IMG/VR virus record: IMGVR_UViG_3300045051_000081
Span: 7,072-71,071 of that record
Strand: one strand, 5' to 3'
Length of the DNA stretch: 64,000 nucleotides
DNA from: a virus
Part shown: positions 8,277 through 18,400 of the stretch, piece after piece
Position numbering within the stretch: the first letter of the stretch is position 1
Layout: every line of letters begins with the position of its first letter
Translations under genes and position numbers: made by a program
The notes under the pieces: model-generated
The model's input: only the letters and a program-made list of their open reading frames with translations
Databases searched by the model: none
What the model was told of the DNA's origin: nothing

Positions 8277-11200
8277 TGGCTCCAGTTCAGCAAGCCTTTA
8301 CCCCACCGCTTCTCGAACTTCTCAACCGCCTCAGGATCACTCCCGTATTTCTTGATCCATTCGACTTCAACCGGCGGAATAATCGCCATCCGCGCCTGTG
8401 CCGCGTACTTCTCCGGTGGATTGGCGTGATTGAAGACCGCTTCAAGCTGGTTCAAATCACCGAAGTACAGTTCCTGATTCCGGGGGTTGGACAGGAAGTC
8501 ATGCCGCTCCCGCTCGCGTCTGGCTGCTGCCTCCATGGATGCGATGATCATCCGAGAGCCCTCCACAGTCTGCGAGGCATTGGGGAACGCACGCATTGCT
8601 GCTTGGATGATCGGCGCTGCGTTATGCGTGCCACCACCAGTCGTTCTGGAGGCTTCGAAGCCGCCCATGACACCGGTCTTCTCTGACTGCTCCAGTGAGC
8701 CAACCACCGTGGGATCGAAGTACGGCTTCTGCCCACCAAGCTGCGCGAAGTAGTTGACCCACTGCGCAGCACTCAAACGCTGCTGGTAGCCCGGACCCTG
8801 TGCCAAGAACCTCTTCTTGAACTGGTCGTCAGTCTCGTTGGGCAGGCGCTCCAGTGAAGCCTTCATGTCCGACAGCTTCAATTGCGTTCGATTGCCACCC
8901 TCGGCATACTTGCGCGCCTCCTCCATGATCTTGTCGTTGCGCTTCTGCGTGGCCGTCACCTGCGGCTTGAGCACCGGTTTGGGGTCGATGATGTACTTGG
9001 TGTGCTCCGGGTTATCGGGATCAAGCTCGATGGTGCTTTGCAGCGACGGCTTGGCAGGCACTGCATTCGGATCAGGCGCAGGCTTCACCGTGCCTGTAGC
9101 GGGCGGCTTCTCACCCGGCTTCCCTGTCACTGGCCCTTCCGCTGTGCCCCAGCGGATCTCCATGGTCTTCTGGTTATAGAACTCCGTTCCCTTGATAGGA
9201 TGAACGCGACCAGTCGGCCTCCACTCTTCTTTGAGTGCCTTTTGCTTTTCCCAATCCAACCTATCCCTTGCCACCTTCTTCGCATCGTATCCCGGATTGG
9301 GCACCTGCGTATCCCACATCCTGCCGTCAGGATACTGATAGATCAGCGTGGGAAACTCAGTACGTAACGTAGGCTTGTTATCCAGCACATTCTGCGCACG
9401 GTTATGCTCGATAGCACCCGCCGCACCAGCAAGACCCTCACCTACTCCAGTCCCAAGATACGGGCTCTGGCTGCGCAGCATGGCAATGCCAGCCGCTGTC
9501 AACGGATTAGTCGCCCAACGCTCAGCGAAACTACGCGGTGGCGCACCGGGGATGGCCCGCATCTCGGCAGGACCGTAACCAAGATTAGTGGGATCGTATT
9601 GCCGAGGCTGCGGCGTCGTTCTCTTCTGACCGCTGACCTCAAGATCGCCCGTGGTGTTAGGACCACCAGCAAGCTGCGTGACGTTGGCTCCCGAGCCAAC
9701 CGGGGCACCGGGAACGAAGCCGATGGGAGTACGATCAGGACCGGTGTAACCACTCGCCCTTGCAAGAGCCAGACCGCGCTGCCCCTCGATGCCGTAACGC
9801 TCGCGACCTATAGAGGCTGTCTGCGGACCACCGGCAAAGCCGACATCACGCCCAGTTCTCGGGTCACGGCTGGCGTTACCCGTCCCATAGTTGATCGGGT
9901 TCGCACCTGCCCACAACGAGTCATCAACGCCCTGCCCTGTGACTGCTCTCGATGCCCGCGTTTGCCAAGGATAGTAGTTGGGATTGTTGACCAGATTCCC
10001 GAGAGGCTGACCCTCCTGCACTGCACGATCAATCACAGAGGCCTGATACCCCTGCCGTGCCACCGGCTTCACACCCACCTCCGCCGTGGTGTTCGCGTCA
10101 AACCTACGCGCTAGCCGAGGATTGTCCTCTAGCTCGCGCTGCACCCGCTCGCGCGTCAGCACCTGTGGCGCAACCTCAGTCGCCTGATACGGCAGGTTTC
10201 CTGCAGGCGAGCCGCGCGGCGGGCCAGTGAGAGACCTTGGCCCCTCGGTGCCGAGGAAAGGCGCAAGCGGATCGGGAGACGGGATACTTGGCCGCGTGGG
10301 GAGTTTGTCCAGCCCGAACCCATCGCGCGAGGGCGGAGGCCGCTCTCGAACAAGCATCCCTGTGCCCTCTGCAGGGACAGACTGACCCGGTCGGAGCCCC
10401 ATCCGCTCCCTAAATAGTCGCTCATCTTCCGGGTTACCGGTGACCGGCGTGCGAGCGGGAACAGCAGGATCACCGCTGTCCAGCGTATCGCCCTTGTCGC
10501 CCTCATCATTGGGGCCGCCAGCTTCGAAGTACCGGATAGGACCAGCCTCGACCGGACCACCATGCTTGAAGAGACCGCCGAACAGCTTGCCAGCCGCACC
10601 TCCAATAACGCCACCAATCGGGCCTCCAATGGCTGTGCCAGCAACCGAACCAAGCGTTCCGCCAATAGTGCTGCCAGCGGAGCCACTGCTCGCCTGTGGC
10701 GCTGTAGTCGGCGAGGCCTGCTGCCCCATGCCTGTGCTGGAGGCAGCCGCAAGAGAAGGAATCCTTATGTAGGGCTGCTTGTATCTCGGGATCTTGAACG
10801 CCCCGAAGATGTTAGGAGGCTCGTCCTGAGTGGGCTTCTGCTGGCCTACCTTCTCGATATCGCTGAGCACCTCATCCTTCGTACCGGAGGTCTGAATGCT
10901 GGTGTCCTTGCCGTAGGTGTCGTCTCTTCCACGATCACGCTCGTCACGATCATACTCATCGCCACCACCGCCACCAAACATGCTTCCGAAACGCGAATCA
11001 TCGTCTACATAGCCGCCGCTGGCGAGACGCGGAACGGTACCCCCATCCTTGCTGGTGAAGAGCCCACCTATCGCCGAGCCAATGCCCAGCGCCTGCGTCA
11101 GCGGGTTAGGCGTCGGCGGCGTGCTGACACCGGTCGAGTTCGCCGAGGTGCTGGTCGTCCCTTGGCCCACCGTCCCCGTCAATGGGCCGATACCACCTAG

Positions 11201-11908
11201 AGCCGCGCCCTCCCAGTTGGCAACTTGGAACGGATAGGCGCTCTGCTGCTGCGCATTTGCCGTTGCAACGTCCAACTCACGCTGCGCCTGTGCCTGCTCC
11301 ACAGTGCCAGCCTTCATCGCCGTCTCGGCACCCTGAACGCTGAACGCCTTTAACTTGTTGTATTCGTCCAGCGCCTGCGTGTAGCCAGACTGATAGAGCC
11401 CCGCAATGACAGGGGCCTGCGCAAGCTGCTGCTGCCCGCCTACCTCCGCTGCAGCTACGCCAGCGCGGTCGCCACCGAAGGCGTTACCAGACCGGATGCC
11501 CTGACTGAGAAGATTGTTGGCTGCGATCTTGTTCTGATTGTTGAACCAATCCTGCGTGGTGTTGACCACGTTCTGAGTAAACGGAGACTGGATCTCGGCA
11601 ACCCTAGCAGGATCGAAGTCGCCAAGATGCATGCCCGTGTCGAACATGTAATTGACGGCTTCGGTCTGATGCGGATTGAGCGGCGCAACACTCGACAGCA
11701 TGGCCGGGTTGAACGGCGTATCTGCAAGTGTATCGACCTTGCTCAGGAAATCCTCATAGCGAGCCCCCGTCGCGGGGGTTGGACCCTGCGCGAAGTTGGT
11801 CGTGGACATACCTGTCGAGGTGCCGCCTGTGGTAGTCGATGCACCTGATGGAGTTGGCGCGCTACCTTTGCTCCCGCACATTCTTACCCTCGTCTCGTCC
11901 TCCGACAC
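8273..11908 (-). CDS. DNA transfer/ejection (internal virion) protein
   Basis: Q/A/G-rich N-terminus with SPFTQNVV...GNAFGGDR.GVA, typical of podovirus DNA-transfer proteins. The start may be the downstream Met (MCGSKGS). Confidence 0.65.
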   Translation of the reverse strand: MSEDETRVRMCGSKGSAPTPSGASTTTGGTSTGMSTTNFAQGPTPATGARYEDFLSKVDTLADTPFNPAMLSSVAPLNPHQTEAVNYMFDTGMHLGDFDPARVAEIQSPFTQNVVNTTQDWFNNQNKIAANNLLSQGIRSGNAFGGDRAGVAAAEVGGQQQLAQAPVIAGLYQSGYTQALDEYNKLKAFSVQGAETAMKAGTVEQAQAQRELDVATANAQQQSAYPFQVANWEGAALGGIGPLTGTVGQGTTSTSANSTGVSTPPTPNPLTQALGIGSAIGGLFTSKDGGTVPRLASGGYVDDDSRFGSMFGGGGGDEYDRDERDRGRDDTYGKDTSIQTSGTKDEVLSDIEKVGQQKPTQDEPPNIFGAFKIPRYKQPYIRIPSLAAASSTGMGQQASPTTAPQASSGSAGSTIGGTLGSVAGTAIGGPIGGVIGGAAGKLFGGLFKHGGPVEAGPIRYFEAGGPNDEGDKGDTLDSGDPAVPARTPVTGNPEDERLFRERMGLRPGQSVPAEGTGMLVRERPPPSRDGFGLDKLPTRPSIPSPDPLAPFLGTEGPRSLTGPPRGSPAGNLPYQATEVAPQVLTRERVQRELEDNPRLARRFDANTTAEVGVKPVARQGYQASVIDRAVQEGQPLGNLVNNPNYYPWQTRASRAVTGQGVDDSLWAGANPINYGTGNASRDPRTGRDVGFAGGPQTASIGRERYGIEGQRGLALARASGYTGPDRTPIGFVPGAPVGSGANVTQLAGGPNTTGDLEVSGQKRTTPQPRQYDPTNLGYGPAEMRAIPGAPPRSFAERWATNPLTAAGIAMLRSQSPYLGTGVGEGLAGAAGAIEHNRAQNVLDNKPTLRTEFPTLIYQYPDGRMWDTQVPNPGYDAKKVARDRLDWEKQKALKEEWRPTGRVHPIKGTEFYNQKTMEIRWGTAEGPVTGKPGEKPPATGTVKPAPDPNAVPAKPSLQSTIELDPDNPEHTKYIIDPKPVLKPQVTATQKRNDKIMEEARKYAEGGNRTQLKLSDMKASLERLPNETDDQFKKRFLAQGPGYQQRLSAAQWVNYFAQLGGQKPYFDPTVVGSLEQSEKTGVMGGFEASRTTGGGTHNAAPIIQAAMRAFPNASQTVEGSRMIIASMEAAARRERERHDFLSNPRNQELYFGDLNQLEAVFNHANPPEKYAAQARMAIIPPVEVEWIKKYGSDPEAVEKFEKRWGKGLLNWSH

Positions 11909-12494
11909 GAAGGATAGTCTCGACCACGGGAACCACTTCCCGCGTTCGCTCGGTGTGCGCCTTCTTATTCAACTCCTCGATGCGCCGCATCTCCTCACGC
12001 ATCTTCTCGTTCTGACGTGGGATCGTTCCGTACATGAAGAACGCACCGACACAAGGCATGTGCCTCGCGTAGAGCCGCACCTTACCTTCGGTGCGGTCGA
12101 AGCTGTTGATGCCAACCTGCACCGGCAGCTTCATCAAGTTGCTCGTCCACTTGGCCTGTTCGATCAGCATGCGCGCATAGTTGCTCTTGCGATACTTCGG
12201 ATGCACGAAGTTCCAACGCTCCAGCAGATACTCGTCGTCCGAGTACCAGTCGCTGACGATCAGCATCCCCATGGTCGCCACCACGCGACCACTCTCATCG
12301 ATGACCCAGATGAACCCACCCTTGCGCCGGGTTGCTATCTTGATGCCCTCACGCACCTTGTCATCGTTCACACCGAACATGCCGTTCTCGCTGTGAAGCA
12401 GCATCAGCAGCGCGAAGATCTGATCCTCGTCAGCCGCCGTCGCGAACCGCACACCCGGTACACCCTTGTCTGGATGGTAGTAGGGCTTGTTCAT
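11862..12494 (-). CDS. GNAT-fold acetyltransferase-like protein
   Basis: VRFATAAD N-terminus and the acetyl-CoA-binding-like segment FVHPKYRKSNYARMLIEQAK. Confidence 0.6.
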   Translation of the reverse strand: MNKPYYHPDKGVPGVRFATAADEDQIFALLMLLHSENGMFGVNDDKVREGIKIATRRKGGFIWVIDESGRVVATMGMLIVSDWYSDDEYLLERWNFVHPKYRKSNYARMLIEQAKWTSNLMKLPVQVGINSFDRTEGKVRLYARHMPCVGAFFMYGTIPRQNEKMREEMRRIEELNKKAHTERTREVVPVVETILRVGGRDEGKNVREQR

Positions 12495-15400
12495 TTGCTC
12501 GGCCCCGGCAGTGTCTTCTGGAAGGCCTGCACCTGCTTACGAATAGCCTCAACGCTCTTGCATAGAATCTTGGACCCCGCATCGGAGTCGCCGCCGCCAA
12601 TCGCTGCCACGATCTCGGGGTCTACAATCATCTCCCCACCCGCCGTGACAATGGGCGTGGTGTCATCGTCCATGTCGTCTATCGGTGGGCCACCGTTGTG
12701 ACCCATGAACCCGCCATCCTGATAGCCCTTCGGAACACTCGTCGGCAGGTTCTGATACGGCACCTTCTGCGGCGGCGCTATGATCGGCTTCGGTGCCGGA
12801 AGTTGACGCGAGCCGGGGCCTTTGACCCCACCCATGCGTCCTATACCACCCTTCAACGCAGGCGCAGCACCTCGCCGCATGCCACCGGTCGCACCCCCGG
12901 TCACGCTATGCGTGAGCAGGTTGCCCCACATCTTGGCACCCGCCATCGTGTTCCCCTCACCCAATCCAGACACCACGTCAGCCGGGATCACAAAGCTGCC
13001 GGTGCGTGCCCGCATCGGGATGCGATCTGTGCGACCGGACACAGTAGAATTGATCAGGTGAGCCCCCGGCGCTCGCGCTGGCATATTGATGGCAGCCAGA
13101 CCCGCACCCTTGGGCTGCGCCACGTTCCTCGCCCCGAAGTGGGACTGCTGCCCCATGGAGTTCATCGAGGAGGGGCTCATCACCGGCTTGGCAATCCCGC
13201 CTGCCGCCAGTCCCGGCACTAGACCACCATGCTTGAAGCCGCCTCCACCAAATGCGCTCTGATCCTGTGGAGCCGCTCCCAGTCCAGCCGTAGGCGATGA
13301 CATCACGTTGCTGACCATGGCATCCACATTCAGAGGGCTCGACGGATTGCCGCCGCCGCTTCCCTTGCCACCACCAAGATCAGAGAAGCCGACCGAAGTC
13401 GCGCTTGACCCCGCCGTCTCCTCGATCCGCCTCTGCTCCTGACTTTGCATGCCCTGTAACACCATCATGGCCGCTGTCGGAATAGGAACCCGGAAGGCCT
13501 CCGCCGTCGCTGCCACAAGACCGGGAGCCGTCGCCGCCACCGAGGACGCTAGATCGGGATTGGCCTGCGCTGCCTGTGTCGCCGATATCACAGCCTGCGT
13601 GGCAGCGGGCGAGGCAGGATTAGGAACACCGGGAGAGGGCGATTGGGTCGCTGGCGACGGAGAGGGCGTCTGTGTCTGTGGCGTCTGTGTTTGTGGCTGC
13701 GTCTGTGGCGTCTGCGTCTGCGGAGCAGGGGTCTGAGTCGTCCCTTTGATACCGGGCGCTGGACTGAGTGGCCCCTGAGTGAATGTCTGGTTTGTCTTAT
13801 CCAGCGCAGTCGGGCTCGTTATACTGGTATTAGCGGGAGCTATATTCCCCGGCTCAGCCAAGCCGGGAGCCTGCGGCCCGTAGTTTGGGCCGAAGTTAGT
13901 CGCCAACTGCGCAGCTTGCTGCTCCGCCTGTTGGTTCTGCGACACCATCGCATCCACGACATCCGCAATAGTCGCAGGCGACCGCCCCGCAATGTCAGCG
14001 GAAGGCTGCGCATTTGGATCAGCAGCAGGAGTCCCAGTGAAACCAGTAAAGCCTGAGGGATCCATTCCCTCGAACGCTTCCGTATTGGCGTGACCCTGAG
14101 CGGCAAGGCCGGGAGCGGGAGCAGCAGGGGCGGGAGCGGGCGCAGGAGCAGGGGCGGGATTGTAACTCTGCATCGCCTGATCAATACCTTTGGCGATCTC
14201 GCTTTGAACCATGCTGTAAGCAGGGACACCAAGCACCGAATAGTTGGGGCCATAACCCAACTGAGCAGCAATCTGCGTGGCAATGCTTGTAAGCGCACTT
14301 CTGGCCGCAGCGGCTGGCACCCCCGCCTTTTCCATCGCTGACTTAGCCTGCGCCCCCCTCGCCATGCCTTCTTCCTTGGAGGTCACTGTCCCCCTCGTGG
14401 CATTCGTAACAATGCTCTGTACGGTCTGCGCTGTCGTTGGCGCAGGAGCAGGAGCAGGCTGATCCTGATCCGTCTGATCCATGCTCTCGTTGATGTCTTG
14501 ATTGGCGTGCCCCACCTCTGCAGGATCAAGCCCAGCCTGAGCCGCCATCGTCGCTTGATTCGCGTGGCCCTGAGAGACAGCAGTCGAGGGGTCCATTCCC
14601 TCGTAAGCCCCCATGTTGGCGTGACCGGGAGCAACATCAGCAAGACCGGGAGTAGCCGCCATCGTTGCCGGATTGGCGTGACCTTGAGCGACAGCCGCAG
14701 CAGGCGCATCCATCCCTTCATATGCCGACTGATTGGCATGGGCTCCGGTGGGATTGGTAAGACCGGGTGTTGGCGCTGCAGGAGCAGGCGCGAGAGCATC
14801 CAGCGTCTGCGCTTGAGTAGCGATAGCAGCCTGTGTCTGCGCTTGGTTTGTCGCTATCGTTTGATCGACGGTTGCAGCGATGTCCTGATTGGTCAGTCCC
14901 GGAGTGGGAGCAGCAGGAGCAACAGTAGGAGCAGCCGTTCGATCAGCAGGCGTCAGCGTGCCAAGTGTCTCTGCTATCGCTGCAGCTTTCGCATCCGCTA
15001 TAGTTTGTGCAGCTTGTTGCGCTGCTTGCTGTGCCGCCTGAGTATCAAACGCCGCACCGGGAAGGGCATCATGTGCAGTAGACAGACTCTCCATGTCAGC
15101 CGGGGTTGCTGGGGCACCCTTACTTGCAGCAAAGTCCGCAGCGTGTGCAGCATCTATCGCTTGCTGCGCCGTTAAGCCGGGTGCAGCAACAGGAGCAACC
15201 TCCGCAGCCTTCTCCGCTGCAACCTCCGTTGGATTCTCAGCTTGAACAGCAGCAGCAATCTCTGCAGCAACCTCATTCGTGGGATCAGCCGAGGTCTGCG
15301 CGTCCTCCGTACCGGGTTGCCCCGTCTCCGCAGCAGGGGTAGCCCCAAGATCAGTCTGATTCATCGCCTGCGCTGCCGCCGTCAGCGCAGTAGCTAGAGC

Positions 15401-18400
15401 GGGATTGGATTGGGCCTGCGCTGCAGCAGCAGCATGTGCAGCATTGGCATTATCCTGCGCCGCCGCAGCATCAGCATCCGCGAACGCATCCGGTCCCGCA
15501 GCCGTCAACCCTTGAGGACCACCGAGGCCGCCGGGTGTTGTACTGTATGCATCAAAGCCGGGAGCGAGACCGCCAGTGGGACTGACGCCGAGTACGCCAG
15601 TCGTCGGCGTCATACCGGAGGTGGGAGCCAACGAAGCTGCCTTATCTGCCAGCGCAGCCGCCAAACTAGGATTCTGAGAAGCGGCCATCGTATTCGCTAG
15701 AGCATGCGATGCGGCCAAGCCGGTGGGAGAAGTCGATGGCTGGTCTTGCGCTGCAGCCGCAATCTCATCTGCAGTCATGCTTGCTGCTTGCGCTGTACCA
15801 ATAAGCCCACCAACAAGGCTAGATTGGTTATTCGTGCTGGGGGCAAGACCCCCAACCACACCTTTCGCATCAGGTCCGGGGTCTGGTGCTGCCAAGCCCG
15901 GATCCACCACGTTGCCACGATCATCAGTCGTTATGCCGTAGGCTGCTGGATTCCCGAACGGCCCACCCGGATCGCCATAAAATCCGCTGTGAGGATCGCT
16001 AACCGATAAGCCGGGTACCGCGCCGGTATTGATAGAAGCCGCAGGTGCAGCGAGGTTTGGCCCGCCCTTCGCTTGATCACCGAGCGACTGCATATCAAAC
16101 GCTGCAGGAGAAAGGGCTGCTGCGAGCGTTGCAAACGAAGGCGCGGGTGCTGGCGTTTGAGCCTGTGCCGCGTTGATCCCGAGTACGCTGCCCAGATTCG
16201 CTTGGTTGAGCGAAGGCGTGAATGACGGGGGTGGACCAATGTCGAACGGATTGGGCGAGGGCGGTGGCGGGGCCACAGGCGCGAACGGCTCTTGCGGACT
16301 TACCGGAACTGAAGGATCGATGGCAGGCCCGTAAGGCGCGTCGTGCTGCGTTCCCACATACGGATCAAGAGCCGCCAGCGACAGGGCCTGCGCCTGTGCC
16401 ACCGTCGTCTCTTGCGCGCCGGGAGTATACCCGAGGCCGCCTTTTGCATCAGGTCCGGGATCTGGTGCCGGTTGACCCGGATCCACCACATTGCCTCGGT
16501 CATCGGTTGTGATGCCATAGGCCGCCGGATTCCCAAACGGACCTCCCGGATCAGCATGAAATCCGCTGTGGGGATCGCTGACCGATAAGCCAAGACCGGG
16601 AGCGGGAGCAGGAGCAGCAGCAGGAGCAGGCGTATCAGTCTGATCAGTCTGGTCCGTTTGAGTCTGATCCGTTTGGGCCGCAGCGATATCAGCCGCAATG
16701 CTCTGCGCTTGATTGCTCTCGAAACCTCCACCCTTAGCGCCACTACCCGGATCAGACCCTAACCCGCCAAAGTCACCGGGGCCTTGTGTAGTAGTCTGAT
16801 TATTCGCCTTATCCATATCGACGCCGCGACCCGCCAGTTCGAGCGCATACGCCACATCGAGATCAGTCACCGCTCCCTTTGAAAGATCACCAAGCGGCTC
16901 TGTGGTTACACCACGGTCAGTGGTTGGAGCGTCGAAACCCGGATCTTTATCAGCAGGAGCAGGAGCAGGAGACAATCCCGGTGCCGGTGCCGCCTTGTCT
17001 GCTTCCGCTTGCGCATCCGCCTGCGCCTGATCATCGCTAACACTGGGACTGCTCTTCTCCCCCGCCGCCGACAGCGCATCAGCAGCCGCTTGCGACACTG
17101 CGCCTGAGACCGATGGCGCACCGCCCCAACCCCCTGTCCCACCACTATCCAAATCAGTGCCAAAAGCACCGTTGGGTGCGCCAAAACCAAATGTACCGGG
17201 AGCAGCTAAGTTGCCAAACTGACCATTCGCCCACGAGGCCGTCATGTCATGAGTGCCGAGGGCATCACGATCACCAAGCCCAAACGCACCAAAGGCTGGA
17301 CTTGCAGGCGGAGCCGCAATCGAAACAGTCGGTGTCGCAAAGCTCGGTGAGTACTCCGCTGACGGATTGGTTTGATCTACATCGGAATCATCTTGATCAG
17401 GCGCACCGAGATCACCCTTGCCACCAGTCGTAGCCAAGCTTGCTAGAGAGACACCACTCTTGCCGCCGCCAGTCGTGTCCGTATCTGTGCTGGGAGCATC
17501 CGTGCTAGGAGCATCCGTACTTGCTACGTCTGTGCTGCTCTTCTCGCCACCGCCCTTCTCACCGCCACCCTTCTCGCCAAAGCCGAAACCAGCCGCAGCA
17601 GTATTGGTAGCTGCCGCCGCAGGCCCACCCTTGCCGTCATCGCTAGCCTGATCATCAGATGCCGTTACGTCGGTGCCGCCACTGACCGAGGTGGAGTAGC
17701 CAGAAGTGGAATCAGTATCGCTGGATTGATCCCCGCTCGCGCTCGCGAGGCCACCTCCAACGCCACTTGAGTAACCGCCACCCACATCGCTCGTATTGCC
17801 CGCGTAGCCGCCAGCAGACGGCCCACCAGTTGGAGCGCCGCCCTTGCCGCCACCAGCAACACCGGGACCACCGCCACCGAGAGTGCCACCAAAGCCGGGA
17901 CCGTAGCCTGCAGCATAAGCCGCCTCAGTGGCACCGAGATCGGCAGCAGCAAGACCCAGAGCATTGGTGCCGCCACCACCAGCATCACCTATTCCGAAGG
18001 AGCCTGTCCCCGGCGTTGCAGCACCGAGATCGCCGGGACCGAAGAATCCACCAGTCAGCGCGCCCTGAGAGGCATAGGCCCCGTAGGCCGCCGCCTGCCC
18101 CTTCCCCATACCCGCAGCTTCAAGGCCAGCCGAGATTTGTCCGGGGGACATGGAAGCCGTAAGACCAAGAGCGGCAGCAGAAATGCCGGGTGCGCCATAC
18201 GCCGCAGTCGATGGGTTGCCGAAGTTGCCGGTGTCGGGACCGGGGCCGCCCTTGCCGCCTTCTGGACCACCCTTGCCGCCGGGATCTCCTAGACCGAAGC
18301 CTAGACCAGCCGCAGCGGGGCCTCCAGACACCGCACCCGGACCACCACCGGGGCCTGCACCGGGGCCGCCACCGGGGCCGCCACCGGGGCCGCCCGTGCC

